In this document: positions 23,349 through 37,418 of the stretch, one piece after another | Position numbering within the stretch: the stretch's first letter is position 1 | Layout of the letters: each line of letters starts with the position of its first letter | Assembly (NCBI GenBank): GCA_002633005.1 | Contig: NMRA01000483.1 | Span: forward strand, 1 to 47,375 | Reading direction: 5' to 3' | DNA: 47,375 nucleotides | Origin: Phoronis australis | Lineage: Eukaryota; Animalia; Phoronida | Notes under the pieces: generated by a model | Databases searched by the model: none | Told to the model about the DNA's origin: nothing | The model's input: only the letters and a program-made list of their open reading frames with translations | Position numbers and translations under genes: made by a program

Positions 23349-25276
23349 GTAAAGTAAAAGTTGTTAACAATCCATGTTGGAATGGACATAAGATTCTGAA
23401 ATCACATCTCCATGATGTGTGTGTTTTGGCGTGTGTGTAACTGTGTGTGTGTGTGTTCATGCAAAGGTATTGTAATAAAGGCATTACAAGGATGTATGAA
23501 TCTGGTGGCATTTCTTTTCTCCCATGAATTTCTTAATNAAATCCGATTGTCCTTCATGTTTTTCGATATTTTGCAACAAGTTAGTTCCTCCTGAATGTTT
23601 TGAACGTTTTACTATCACTTAGGGCTATAGTGCCCCTAAATACCATACATGGCTCCATTTTGTAAAAGGCCGATTATGTCCTCCACAGTGAACAGGGTTA
23701 GACATGAACTCGACAAATGTAGGTTATTTTGATTAATAGTTGTTTTATTTTGCAATTTCCTCATGGGTATTTCTTCACACATATTCAAGTCAGATTTTCT
23801 GTTGATCAAGTGTTCATGCAATGCATTGTAATATCAAATGAAGGATAAGTTTGGTTGCATGACCGCAATTTTCCCACGACTTAAAACAAAAGACCGCAGA
23901 AATTTTCCTGACGAAATACCGGGTTTGCAGTTCTGTAAAAACATTCAAATGACAAGACAAACTCCACCACTGTCCATGGCAACTCGTCGCATGTTTTTTG
24001 ACCATCGGTCCTATCATTGTTTTCCTTTGTTGTGTCATTGTTGGATGTAACAACACAGGTCGCATGGATATAGAACCTTGCATACATCAGACCGTTGCCG
24101 ATAAGTGCTCGTCATTATATCTTTATTATAACAACCGAAACAATGAAGATGCTAATCTATTGTTCTCTATGCGACCAAGATTCCCGTGGATGACCACAGA
24201 AGAGGAATCCCAAAGTATCCACAAACAATGACCACGCACCTTAGTAACTATTACGGCGCACACGAATCCTTTCCGTGGAACCTAAACACCAAATTTTTAT
24301 ATCCGTGTATTGTGTTGTATTGCTCATGGTACATGTACGGGTTCAGACTCTGTTGTATTAAGATTCCAATCTCCAACACTGTAATATGTAGTTTGAGTAA
24401 AATTTCTAGACAATGCAGGTTTATGGATTTATTCTCCTTCAAATGAAGAGTAAAAATCAAATTCTGTACAGGTTTTTTAAAAGTAATCATTTATTGGAAG
24501 ATCACACATCTAAAAAATAAAACAATGTTTGACAATTTTATTCATTATCTTATTTGAAAATTGCCTACATCACAGACAACTCATCTAAGTTGAAAATATT
24601 CCTTGTGAAAAAATATAAAATACCAACCAGAGACTTGTGTACTACAAAATATGTTTTCGTAATACAATGCAAAGATAACTGTACAGTCAAAAGTGCAAAT
24701 GTTATGACTCTAATAAAAAATTGCCTTCTAGATCTTTTCAACACTCTAATTGCTACAGGACAGAGTCAACCACACAAAGCTCATAAAGCCAGGGAATTAC
24801 ATTTAAGGTGATGTAGTCTCACTGCGAAAAAGTGATTTCGCAATATCGCTGACAACACTGGAAATCTCTTCTTCACAAACTTGAGGTAGCTGTATTTACC
24901 ACATCAATGTTCTTATCAAAACTAACCACCACAAAATGGAAAATTGGCTTGTTGGTTCCAATTAGGCAGCATTTTACAATGAAATGGTCACGAAGAAATA
25001 CTTTTGCAACATGGTTTGCATTACAATTGCCCTACGATTACAGTTGTACATACATACTAGACCAGTAACAAAATTACCCATGGGAACCATAAAATGGTCA
25101 ATTCGCCAAAAAACAAGGAGCCACCAGAGCTAATGTGTCAATACTTTTCAGTACTGGAACAAAAAATCATTTGAAGTGGACATAAACTTGCCTAAAATCA
25201 CATAAAACAACTTTCGATTTAGATATTTTATCATCACGAAATAGGTATTACTTCCAGGTCACTTTTGAGCAATTTC

Positions 25277-25344
25277 AGAACTTTGAAAGATCTGGCAATA
25301 TGCAATTGCTAGAACTTTGAAAGATCTGGCAATATGCAATTGCT
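25277..25344. repeat. Perfect 34-bp tandem duplication
   Basis: agaactttgaaagatctggcaatatgcaattgct twice. Confidence 0.9.
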
Positions 25345-26154
25345 AAAGACCAGACTAATAGTGTGCGATTTTATACACACAGCATGGTCTCAAGGAATAG
25401 CAAACTGTCAATTCGCTACAATTCCATAAATCACTTCCCATATGGATAAGGAACAAACTGAGCAAAGTTTATAGAGGTAAATGGTCTAAATCAAAACTTA
25501 TTACCTCCTGGACAGAATATGGGTTTACAACCCAGACAGAAAGATAAGTTAACAAAACCAGCCTAACTGCAACAGGGTCTCAAATTTCAGTAATATATAC
25601 CCATTTACAAACAAAAATCTATAATGGTAAATAAAATGCGGAAACATAAATTCAGATCAATTACGCATCTTCGAGGAAAAGGAATAGTACAGTGGTCAGA
25701 AATTATCTAAATGTGATGGCGACACTGAAAAATCCGGTCAGACCAAAAAATCCAGTGGCTAAACAAAATGAACAATGTACCATTACCATGTGACCCAGGA
25801 TCATAATCCGTGCCTGGACAAAAATTCAGTCTTAGACTAGGTAAATTTTAGATTTGTGCTGTTCACACAAGCAGTTCTGGTGCAAACAAAGCTTGCGACA
25901 ACACACAAGCCTATTTCCCTACACAGCTGAGCTGATATAATAATGCCCCCACTGGATTTAGCCAGAGTATTTACAGGTCCAGCCACTGCACTGTTTCCTC
26001 CCTTTGAATTTTTACAATGCTACATCCTTGACAATCGCACATTGCCTCTTTCTATGCATACTCCACTTCCTCTCTCCCAGTTTCCCCACATTTGCTGAAA
26101 GTGGCCTATCTCAACAAATTACTTTAGACCTGTTGTGGTATAAGCTAGTAATCT

Positions 26155-26501
26155 TTGGCATATACTTTTTCCCCAACTCGTTCCTCAAGCTACAAATTCT
26201 CTTTGACATATCTTCTGGGAGTAGACTTTTCGGCCTCTCTCTAGCCCCCCGACTTAGTTGTCCAGAAGGGTACCTTCTTGCTGGTTGTGAACTTTTCCAT
26301 ACCCAACCTTTACTAATAATCGGCAAGNTTGGCAAATACTTTTTCCCCAACTCGTTCCTCAAGCTACAAATTCTCTTTGACATATCTTCTGGGAGTAGAC
26401 TTTTTGGCCTTTCTCTAGCCCCCTCACTTAGTTGTCCAGAAGGGTACCTTCTTGCTGGTTGTGAACTTTTCCATACCCAACCTTTACTAATAATCGGCAA
26501 G
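26155..26501. other. ~173-bp tandem duplication split by an N (probable contig-overlap artefact)
   Basis: 26155-26327 is repeated at 26329-26501 with only a few SNPs, separated by the N at 26328. The same pattern occurs around the N at 27830. Confidence 0.8.
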
Positions 26502-27120
26502 TCTCCAACTTAAGCAGAAGCCACTTCTTCAGCATAAGCCTTTCCTGATTCCTAAAACTGTACTAATGAAAAATTAAACATATTAAATTTAATGTGGCCA
26601 TTTCGGCTCACAAAATATGAATACCAAGCTAAAGTGAAGGCACCAATATTTTTGACGGCTTTAGAATGTTTAATTAACTTCTTAATTGCAGAAAATCATT
26701 GGTAGACAAAACATACTCCCTAGTTTCTAAAAGTAGTTCATGGGCAGAAGTCATGTTTCACATTTGGTGGTTGTTATGAAAAGTTACGATGACTACCTAT
26801 TTTCTACGCCAATGTATACATGTAGTTGCATAAACATCAACACATTTGAATAAGATATGATTAAGCAATAAGACCCAAGTTATAAGCAATCACGGTGTGT
26901 CAATAAAAGTATTTTTGCATGAATGACGTGCTTCTAAAAATATTCCTCAGGGTCAGACCCTGGAGTTTAGTGATTCCTACCTGAGTTCACAGTCACACGA
27001 TGCAGGACGTTGAACCTTGAACGACTTTGGTCATTTTTCAGACCTCTATCAGATTTCTCCTCTAGTGTGCAGTGGATGTCCTAAGTGTCTTTGGCGACGC
27101 CAATATATCTCGATTGTAGG

Positions 27121-27300
27121 AACGATGAATCGGGCAAGTGAACCTAATACGGTAGATTATGTAGCTCCTGCTGCACACAGTGCCTCCGAGGCAGACACTG
27201 AGACAAACGATGATTCGGGCAAGTGAACCTAATACGGTAGATTATGTAGCTCCTGCTGCACACAGTGCCTCCGAGGCAGACACGACAGACACTGAGACAG
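27121..27300. repeat. ~87-bp direct tandem repeat, two copies
   Basis: aacgatga.tcgggcaagtgaacctaatacggtagattatgtagctcctgctgcacacagtgcctccgaggcagacac occurs twice. Confidence 0.9.
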
Positions 27301-28103
27301 ACTACGATAGGACACGTTCCACCTCCACATCAGCTCCACATACTCTTGTAAGGTGCTCAAATGTCTCGCTCTATACCTTGTGCATTTCCCTAGAGTTTCC
27401 AAAGTTTTTTTCTCTCCGCAATTTGTAGAAATATCACATTTGATGCGACTGGCAGTGCCAGATAAATAGCTAAATTCGTAAACCCGCACTTTTAGTTTAG
27501 GTCAGCCATCATTCAACTAACGCATTGTAAGCTTTAGTTTGGTATTCAGACGAATTGCATGAACAAATTTAGTATAATGTCATATTTTATTGGGAAATGC
27601 TAGTGTCCTTAAAATTAATTAAAAACATTTAAGCAAATCAATTGCTTTAATTGTTGTATTATACCACGGCATATTAATGCGAAGAAACGGCGCACAACTA
27701 GTGACTGGTTTAACCTGACAAATACACATACGCGGTCTGAAAATAGTGAAAATCAGACACCTATTACCAAGCTTGCCTGAAGGGCTGACAAAGTTTTTAT
27801 TGTATTAATTTCAAGGGCATGGAGTCTTCNTACTAAGCTTGCCTGAAGGGCTGACAAAGTTTTTATTGTATTAATTTCAAGTGCATGGAGTCTTCTACAT
27901 GTCCATGTTATTATTTTTAGTTTTCTCGTGGGGGCAGCATCGCTATAAGGGTACAGCTTACTGCTGGTTTTTCACAAGACGGAAACGTACCTCCACGGAA
28001 ACAGTTCCAGTGTTACCATGGTAACCGATATTGCAGTGTCGGTGCCGTTTTTACTGACATTGGTCATGGACCTATCATGTGATATCAAAATTGTTCAGAA
28101 ACG

Positions 28104-28363
28104 ATTCTGTTTGAAGCGGAAACTGGAATAGAAAATTTGGTAAAAAAATGACTCATTCCACACCAAGAAATTGCCTCATTTTGCCCCCCAGAACACTTCC
28201 CTTGTATCTCCTAAACCACCAAACTTTGTAGTGTCATACTTCACTCATTTTCTCTCATCCCTAATGTGATTTATCAGACTAAACTTGGATCTGAATGGTT
28301 GACCCCCCACCTTGCCGCTTGTTGGCTGTACTGTGGTCGGTGGATCCGTGGACTGATACTTAA
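28104..28363. repeat. Interspersed repeat (probable DNA transposon end), inverted copy at 47117-47375
   Basis: Reverse-complement match over ~260 bp; similarity stops at ...gactgatacTTAA in both copies. Confidence 0.8.
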
Positions 28364-29156
28364 TGAAAAAGCACGCTATGGTGATTAAGGTTCCCAATGG
28401 TTCATATCTTCTTTGTTAAGAACGTTTTAACTACATGCTTTATGTCAATCCAACATTCATGTTACTCTGTACACTACAAGTATTTCTAATTCAACACAAT
28501 TATAGTAAAGCGGAAGTGTTACTGTGTAGCCCTTTTATCTAGTAAAAATCGCAGGTGGCCTTTTCTTCTTATCTCGCGTTTGGCAGAATTCGGCTCTTTA
28601 AATATGTCGATGGGTGCATGGTCTGCATAAGACTGAGAAGGACGCCATTGTGAAATTTGTTTTAAAATTTCGAATAAGCGCCATTGTTGAATGTTCGCCA
28701 TACGCCAATATTGAATTTCACCATACGCCAATGTCGAATGTTCACCATACTGCAATTGCTTCTCAGGGGTAGATGCTTCTGTTTCAAAAACACGAACAAA
28801 GATATGGCTAGAACTAATTACGTCACGGGACATTATATACGACTGAAAAAACCGCCCGACTTACTGTGAACATTGAAACAGTGAATCACCATTCGGTAAA
28901 CTTTGAACGAAGAGAACCTATTGCTACCGAGAAAAGTGTTTATGGGCAACGGCAAGAGGGCAACAAATACATTTCTGAATGAAACGTAAAAAATACCATT
29001 CTTAAAAAGAAAATATTAAATGTTTTTTCTATGTTAAATAAAATACTTTGCAATTTTCTCTATTGTGGTAACCACATTTAACTAAATCCAGCAAGCTTTA
29101 GAACACATGATAGGTCAATGTGACTATTCCAAGGGGATTAAACCAGCCTTCTTTAA

Positions 29157-29506
29157 AAGGATACGAAACTCGGATTTGGCCTATTAACAGATACTAAAAC
29201 CGACTTTAACATCGAGTTCTATGAAACAAAATAATGTTGTGTAAACCTTGACAAGCCTTAAAAGTTTAGAGACAAATATGAAAACTCCTTTCAAAGTCTG
29301 CTAAATGGACAAGCGTGACCTACGCTTTTAGCGAATTACACGGCAACTTTGGAAAAGACCACCCGCCAAGTATCAATTTGTGAGATAGAGAGTATGAATT
29401 TTTAGTTGAGTCCTGCCTTTATATTTTAATATTGTCGCCAATGATGCATTACCAGGTGACAGAACGAGGATTGGTTAAAATCATCAAAACAGGGTTTAGT
29501 ATCCTT
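29157..29506. mobile_element. TTAA-flanked MITE (Kolobok-like)
   Basis: TTAA|AAGGATACGAAACTC ... GGGTTTAGTATCCTT|TTAA: TIRs starting with purines and a TTAA TSD. Confidence 0.75.
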
Positions 29507-31848
29507 TTAAATTTCGGAGTGTTCTTAAACGAACAAACTTCAAAAGTTAACAGAAATGTAACAATTTGTACAATGAATTAAAATGTCATATACACATATA
29601 ATAATGATGACACTGACACGTTTTCATTAAAGTAAAAAATCAAAAATGTGATGCATTGTATATCAATCACCAAGTCAAAGTGGTAACGACCGTTGATTGA
29701 ACAGTAGAATGTTTGATCCAAACTTCTAGGCTTTCCTCCCTGGATGGGTGGGCGCAGGTTGTCACTGAACGGTGCTAATAGCTGACGGTGCGACGATAGA
29801 CTGAAGAGTGGTTCACTTTATTTATGCAGACCGTATGTTCACAAGTTTACCCAAACAAAATGTTCGACGTAATGTCCGTTCTATGCTCCAGCCAGTGCTG
29901 CGAAGCCTTGACTTGTGATGAACTTCTGAGACACTTTCAGTAACTGTTACACTAGTTGGTTCAATAACCTGATGTCTCTATTTTCTGTAACTTGCACTTT
30001 AACTCAAATCAACTTCAATCAATTTTTTCCTCAAACCGAACTCGACTTCTCAACTCAATGGTAACCCTAACTGACTCACAGTGAGCAGTGCCATATTATC
30101 TATAGTCTTATACTGCTACGCACGCGCACTGTGGGATGAGCATTCTGGGATACAGCCGTGTCGTTATCAGTTTGACAGCGAGAGCAAGGGGAGAAAGTTG
30201 GCAAACCAATGTCTATATACTCCAACTCTCTCACTCTGTGCATTCATTTGAAAAGCCCACGTAATCCAGCGATTATATTGTAAACAGCACGCATGACGCT
30301 AACCGATATTTAAAAATACTATTTTCAAACGATGTTGAACAAATGTCGTGAAGAAGATTTGTTTTGTACGAAATAGTATTTCCAAAAATTTGAACAGAGA
30401 AAAACAGTTGACTTTCGGACAAAATTGGACTTACGCTTTCACCTGATGACTCCTTTGTGTGACTGCAAGCTCTGACCCGCTTACTAAAAAAGCATTGTTT
30501 ACCAACACAATAGTCTTATCGAACATGATGCTAGATCAGATCCTGATGTTGGAAATTTCTTGGTTTTAACAATCCATGGGAATGGTACGTAACGCACTGT
30601 ACGGGAACTTTTCACCAGTAAACACTTTCTAGAACTTCACGGATTTCTAAAAACCTCAGAATGTTCCAGACTACGGTTCTATTTTTCTAATTACCGATGT
30701 GATGGAACATTCTTCTAGCACGTCCTCCAATTTTCTCTTGTAAGCAAATTACGTTATCACTAGTCTGACCCTGTGGAACATTCTCCTGGAGTGTTTTCCA
30801 TTGTAAACAAATTGCATCATAAGTTGCCTGACCCCATGGGACACGCCAATCAAGTGCTATCTGCTAGTAAACAAATAGGACAACAAAATAAAACACATAG
30901 AATCAAAACCAGGGCCAGCCTACCCCTGACACAGACTACTTTAAGTCACAAAACTTACTGTATTGAAAGAACAGCAAGTAGCACAGTCATAATTAACTTT
31001 GATAAATAGATGGTGATTCTTGCACTGTTTAAAATTTGTAACTGATATCAATAACAGTGCTAGAACGCTGACGATTTCCGACTTTTCGTCATTCGGTACA
31101 TTAATGAATTTCTGAACTTGTGGTTGGCTTGAGAATCAGGATACAAATTTATATTACGAGAGCGTAACGGTCTGCTGTTAACAGTACCGTGCAACGTAAA
31201 AATCCGAAGACTTTTCGAATATCAAATGCAAGAAACTATATGCATCTAGATAAGAAAAATGAAGTTATACCCCTGGTATGGTCACAGGGTGAAATGACTT
31301 TTAATAAATAGCCCAATAGAATACATCTTCATATTCTTGACATGTTTTGAGGTGCACTCCTCATTCTCAAAGGTACAAGCACCATAACTGATGTAACGGT
31401 ATATACGCCAAAATTAAGTAAAAGACCATGCAGGTGTGAGACATGATAGATCAATATGGCACAAAGGGTAAACAAGCCTAAAATAACCTAAAAGCTATAT
31501 GAGACCAAGGTGGCACTCTTGCACATTCAGGGATGGTTTTAATTACCAACGATTATACAAGGCTTTTTAAGTTTTAGTCTATATGTAATCAGTCCTTCCA
31601 TTACCAATAAGCTAAAATTTGACATTGAGTATTCTGAAATTCATTCTTGATGATCATGCAGATGTTTGTATTTGTCAGAACTTCTGTTAGCCACATGCTC
31701 AGATAAACATGTACATATATTCACATGTCGACGCGTTTTCGCCAACGTTTGCATGCCCCACAGCCTGCACAGCAGAATTCATACACGACATGAGAGCGTG
31801 TGAACAAATGTAAACTGTCTTTAGGCGAAAACAGGCAAGTGATCTTAA

Positions 31849-33483
31849 AGACAGCGTCCAGCTGCTAAAACACCTTTTTTACACCAGAAATGCATGTATT
31901 GTTCATAAAAAATATTGCTTTTGCTTCTTACATACCACGGAAAGTAATTAATTGCGACGCAAATTACACCGCTAATAATTCGTAGCCCCTTCGAGCGCCA
32001 CAGAAAAAAATCTCAGCCAATCAGCGTAAAGTGGTTCATATGACATCATCGTGGCCACGAATTTACTGGGGAGTCACACTGCGTAACAGCTGAGTGCCAT
32101 TTCTTGGACGTTCTGTACTTGTCGATCTCTGGGCCAAAATGCCTCTTTGGGTGGTGTGCGGGTGTAGCAATGTCAGCGGCAATGGGATACATTTGCGCAA
32201 CTTCCCCACCGATCACGTCGTGTGCCGTGCCTGGAATAGATCCGTATCCACGACAAGGCCTGGCGACAAACTTTCCCGATCGGCAAGATCTGGCATGCGT
32301 TCAGTAGACGCTAGGACCTACGCTAGGACCTAGCTAAAACCTAGTCAAAGTCATGTGCTCTCATTTAAAATGCACGGCGATATCTCACGTAATCTCGCGA
32401 AGTCTTGCTTTTTAGCGAGGTCCTAGCGTTACTGAACGGGAGTCTGATTTAGGCTTTGTGCAAAGCTGTATACGAAATCTACAGCTTCGCGTCGATGTGG
32501 GTAATAAGGACTAAATAAAATCTAACGCAGAAATAGTGTCATTAAAAGCTGCACCGCTCTTTAAGTAAACCAAATTATTTACCGNGGCTTTAGACGCTCT
32601 GCGGCTGGGTTAAAGATCTTTTATAGGCCTAACTATCCCCAATTCCCGTACCAGTATGAATTTCAAAAAATAACTTGACTTGGCTGCGTCAGATGTGATA
32701 CTGAATTTAAAACGTTCAATTAATTACAAATTCTTATGACTGGGTATGTTTTCATGCAATACATACTTTATTTAGTAGTTTTAATTTATTACAGACACGC
32801 ACAATGTTGTGTTAAATTTTCAATTTTTTGTTGCTTGACCGATTACGTGTTGCAGCATTTCAAGGCGACTTATTTTGAAAATTGGTTTCTAATAAAAAAT
32901 TTTCAATGAATTTGAATATAGTTGCATTGTACGAAAAGATCATGCTGATATGTGTTGTAAGCCTAACGTTTCTAAGTATTTTGCACCAAATTAAATGGCC
33001 TGTTGTCGTCTATACCCTTACGGGACACACACTGGACAGCCGTCCGTATTGCACCAGTCACACTCCCGGGGATTCCCATACGGACCCGTATTAGAATGTG
33101 TGCTAAATAATTGAATAACAATTCTAAAGGTAGTGATTTTGATTAATTTTAATATTAACTGACATGAAATGAAAAATTAATGTGTTTCCTTGATTTTCCA
33201 CGTATTTTGCACTAAATTATAAAACGAGTCATCTCTGATTGCAATACTCTGGAGACACGGTAAAAGCCAAATTCGTTGTAACGATGATGTCATAGACATA
33301 GATTAGTGCAAGCACCGTCTCAAGTTTTTTTGGCGCTAAATGGGGTTCGTGATGGGGCTACTGTATTGTCGAAGGCCTACTTAATTAACGACTGGGGTAT
33401 GCTATGACGCAGTATTTTGATGTTTTTTATCAATAAATGTATTTTAGATGTAAAAATAGTAATTTTGGCACCATACTTGGCCT
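31849..33483 (+). mobile_element. Kolobok-like transposon, copy 2 (inverted relative to 11564-13837; assembly gap at 32585)
   Basis: TTAA at 31845-31848 and 33484-33487; both termini are reverse complements of copy 1. THAP-like MPLWVVCGCSN...RNFP...AWNR starts at 32139. Confidence 0.82.
32293..32443. mobile_element. ~150-bp MITE nested in the THAP region of Kolobok-like copy 2
   Basis: TIRs cgttcagta(g)acgctaggacct / aggtcctagcgttactgaacg; flanking (T)CTG duplicated; absent from copy 1. Confidence 0.8.
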
Positions 33484-33885
33484 TTAAAGCTAGTGATCGA
33501 AAGCCAAACGAATTGTAAGATCAACACAACTTAACAAATTTGTGGATACGCTTCTGCGCAATTGCAGAAAACTGTCCTATGTACGGGAGACTGTAGTGTT
33601 TTATGGATAAATCACTCCTCCATTTTGTGTTGTGTCAAACCTGAAAGATAACCAGTATGTAGCTTATGAATCAGAGTTGTTGGAAACTGAAGTTTCTGTA
33701 CTATTACAGACAAATCCTTGACACAATTCTAAAACTCATTCTGAGTGCCACAAATCTTGTATGCCCTGTCTATCAGTCCCAGTTTGTAGCTGTAGACTGT
33801 AAAGCTGATAAAATTGATCAACAAACCAGTGTAAGTCTTTTTTCTATAAACATTTGTTAACAAATTATCACAATCTCTAGTAACC

Positions 33886-34277
33886 TGGACATTCAGAAAT
33901 GAAATGCACAACTAGTATTCATGGACATTCAGAAATGGAATGGACCACTAGTATTCATGGACATTCAGAATGGAAGGGACAACTAGTATTCATGGACATT
34001 CAGAATGGAATGGACAACTAGTATTCATGGACATCCAGAATGGAATGGACAACTAGTATTCATGGACATTCAGAATGGAATGGACAACTAGTATTCATGG
34101 ACATTCAGAATGGAATGGACCACTAGTATTCATGGACATTCAGAATGGAAGGGACAACTAGTATTCATGGACATTCAGAAATGGAATGGACAACTAGTAT
34201 TCATGGACATTCAGAATGGAATGGACAACTAGTAGTATTCATGGACATTCAGAATGGAATGGACAACTAGTATTCAT
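33886..34277. repeat. 35-36-bp minisatellite, ~11 copies
   Basis: Unit ggacattcagaatggaatggacaactagtattcat. Confidence 0.95.
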
Positions 34278-34453
34278 CGTTCATGGTGAAACTTATGTTG
34301 TTATGACGCCTATTCACAAATTCGAAAAAATGCTGCTCACAAGTCGTATTGGGAAAAATACAGAATGTCATCGACATACCTCAGTGGAGGATATAGGATA
34401 TCATTAGGGGAGGTAACATTTTGTCTCGGGGAATTGCGCAAAGCACACGATTG

Positions 34454-34763
34454 CATGGGCGCACCCAGCCAAAAGTATGGAGGGGCTCGAATTTCTCAGG
34501 ATCTGAACGACTAAAAAAAATCAAGAAACCGCGCCGGCGATCTGACTCGGACACTGGCAATCGAGTCTGAGCCCCTTCCCCCCACACACACGCACACACA
34601 AACTATAACTACACACATTGTTAAATCGTGTTTCAGCCGCATGTTAATTACCGGGGTTGGCTATAAACTCAATATTTCCTCACGCTCTTGCTGTTTCATT
34701 TTTTCCGCCAGTCAAGAGGGGGGGGAGGGGGCGAACCCCCTGCCCCCCTTAAATCCGTCTATG
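34454..34763. mobile_element. MITE-like insertion interrupting the PLE RT; head related to 41747-42011
   Basis: catgggcgcacccagcc....gctcgaatt head shared with 41747; lies between the RT GSP and YVDD motifs. Confidence 0.55.
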
Positions 34764-35776
34764 TACCTACGTTAAAACATACGACCTTCAAGTGAAAGTT
34801 CTTGATTCTGTTGAATTTGCAATCGTTCATGGTGACCCATAAATAATTTGTCTAATAATGGGGCTAGAGGAGAATCCATTGCTATACCATCCGTTTGATG
34901 GCGACCTTTAAAACGAAAATGAGATTCATCGGTGGAACTTTCAGCAGTTGTCGGAGAACTTTTGCACCAAATTTAGAGTTAGGGTTTTTCCCTGTGATAT
35001 ATTTCACATCCAATCATTTAGAGGTAAGCTACTAAACAAATTCGTAATTACTAAGGACCTTGTAAACCCATGAGATAATGTGTTACCAGCGTTCTGAATG
35101 TGCTTCACGAATGTGAATTGAATGAGTCAAACAATCCATAATCAACATCTTGCATAGGAACTTTGAGAGTGCATAATCATACTGTCTCAATAGAGGACAC
35201 TAAAGCAAGATCACGTGGGAAGTCTTTTTCTGGATATCGCCAGTGTATACAAACGAGGCACGTGGTCATGTTTACTTCTGCTGTCTTGAGTTAGCGGAAC
35301 GCGTCCCAGGAAGCAGAACGACAACATTTTCGGTTTGTTTGATTACAGAAAAGCTATCACCTCGTCTTGCAATACACAGTTTTGATGCATGTACATAAAT
35401 ATAACTGTTGAGTTGTAATCGCAATTCATATCATTTCAAAAACGTATAGTCATGATGTCTATTAATTTATCCCATCTTGTAGCCGCAGGAACCTATGCTG
35501 GACTGGCAAAAATCGTTAATGCCTGGTACAAATCAGGTGCAACAAAGAGCCTTCAGGTGATTAAGACAGGGTAAGTCGTAAATTAAAATTATACAAAAAC
35601 AAAGAATCAAGACCCGCCAACTTCTGCTGTTAGATGAAAGATCCTTTGTTTACCGGTAGTGTATTCTCATCTGCCTGTATAACATTGGTCAGACACCAAG
35701 TATAGGCTGATATCCCTAGATCCAGTAGACTCACGAGAACAGCTAGTGTGATCACATATGGTTCGCTTTAAAAGCA

Positions 35777-36384
35777 TGGAGATATCGCGTGATGATTTGT
35801 GTGTGGCCATGACTTGTGTTTTTGCTTCCTTAACTTACGTCTATGGAATGAAGTTACAAAAAGTCACCTCCTGTATCCAACAAATCCAACCACATGGGAC
35901 GCTACTTGAGACTGAGTGCACATCCGAATTCATTGGCAGTACATACCCTCCCGCAGGGGAATCCACCGACATGGACCTCAAAATCATACATACTCAGCAA
36001 ATTACATCACACACTTAACACGCCGCTTGCTCTCATGTGCACCAGGAGGGAGACTGTGAACCAGTTTGAGTGGTATCACAACAAGCAAAGAAGCGTTTAC
36101 TTTGCTTCTACAATGGTGTGCAGGCGTTGAGACTTTAGATGCGGTGCACACGTTTTGCGCATGTCACACTCGTAAGCCTTCGTACTTCCCCAGAGAATAT
36201 TGAACGGGCAATAAAGCCGCGGTTTCTTTCAAAACAACTTTTGCTTAGATCACTTACTGTAAGAAAAGGACTTCATATTGTGCCTGACCCACATTGGAAA
36301 GGACGTCTAGGCAATGCGACAGACAGACAGATCGTTACTGCTTCAAATCAGGCCCATAAAGTGATTGGCACAGGGATTCAGTAG
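35777..36384 (+). pseudogene. Possible frameshifted signal-peptide + ZP-N exon
   Basis: MEISRDDLCVAMTCVFASLTYVYG is signal-like and LETECTSEFI resembles a ZP-N start; overlapping ORFs in different frames. Weak, pattern-only evidence. Confidence 0.25.
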
Positions 36385-37418
36385 ATTTCCGTCGCCAAGG
36401 CAGTTTGGTCACTGGGGATTCCAGTCATTGATTGAAGCCCATTTCAAAATATAATAACAATGATGTTTGAATTGACTCATTGTGTCCATTTTGACACACT
36501 ATGTCATTTTTTCTTTCTTACGTAGGTCCATTTTCGCTCTTCCAATCCATTTTCACTAGTTAAATCGGTACTATTAATTTAAGAAAAAATAATAATTTAT
36601 ATTTAGCTTATTGAAGAGAACGGCTATTGATACCGTCAATTCCCTCAATTATGTTGAAATGCACAAAATAGCTCCCGGGTCTTGACCCGTCGTACGCATT
36701 TTTACCCACTGTGTCCATTCTGACTCATTATGTTAACTTTTGCCTGTTCAGTCTATCCTTGCCATTACTTTATAGTTAAAAATAATTTGTATTTTCCACA
36801 TCTATATTAAAACGTCGTCTCGTTTTTATTCTACGATATTTTTAAAACAGGAATAAGTTATTAAAAGTTGCATGCATCCATTATCTGTGCCAATAGATAG
36901 GATATGTTGTCAGTAAGGACAGCGGTTTACAAAAACGAGTGTTCTAAAAAGCATCTCATCCACGAACTTATTATTCGCCCTCACTTGCTACGCTAGCAGT
37001 TCACGCTTGTTGTTAAGGCCCACGAAGGAGCGTAATTTTGAAAACATCTCTTTTCAGGGTTTTTAAAACTAAAATGGATTTAAATCAGTATTTTTTTTAA
37101 GAACATGTGATTTTAAGCTTAATCTTAATTTCAAACTTTCGCTAAGGTTGCCCTAAGCAAATGGAAAATCAAAGCAGAAATGAACCCAATAAGTTAAATA
37201 TCTCAGTAAGGTATACATGTATTCCCGTATCAAGATGTTCATACATGTACGTGTACCTGCAGAAAAAATGAGCTAACAGTTATACAAACGCTGAAGTTCT
37301 GCCATTTGGCAATATGTATTTCTACGCCTGTTCAAGGTTTACATATTCACATGAACTTAGGAAGTTATGGACGAGTTGCCCGCTTCTAAGTCTGATTGAA
37401 TTTCTGTGATTGACCAGT

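Larger units (their letters stand above)
33600..35740 (-). mobile_element. Older, heavily decayed Penelope-like element of a second family
   Basis: Minus-strand RT motifs in order: TNLFSSLPL (~35040), QTDGIAMDSPLAPLLDKLFMGHHE (~34830-34900), LRYVDDI (~34365-34385), HNNISFTM, FLNV, TNVYRKKTYTGLLINF, YKLGLIDRAYKIC. Boundaries approximate. Confidence 0.8.

Noticed and set aside
26004-26513. Internally repeated 169-aa and 129-aa ORFs
   Set aside because: The repeat straddles an N at 26328 and is probably a scaffolding overlap; no domain recognised.
27765-27897. Tandem ~60-bp duplication
   Set aside because: Split by an N at 27830; likely assembly artefact.
33886-34277. CRISPR-like array of ~35-bp repeats
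   Set aside because: Head-to-tail repeats with no unique spacers and no cas genes; eukaryotic context; unit derives from a PLE RT.
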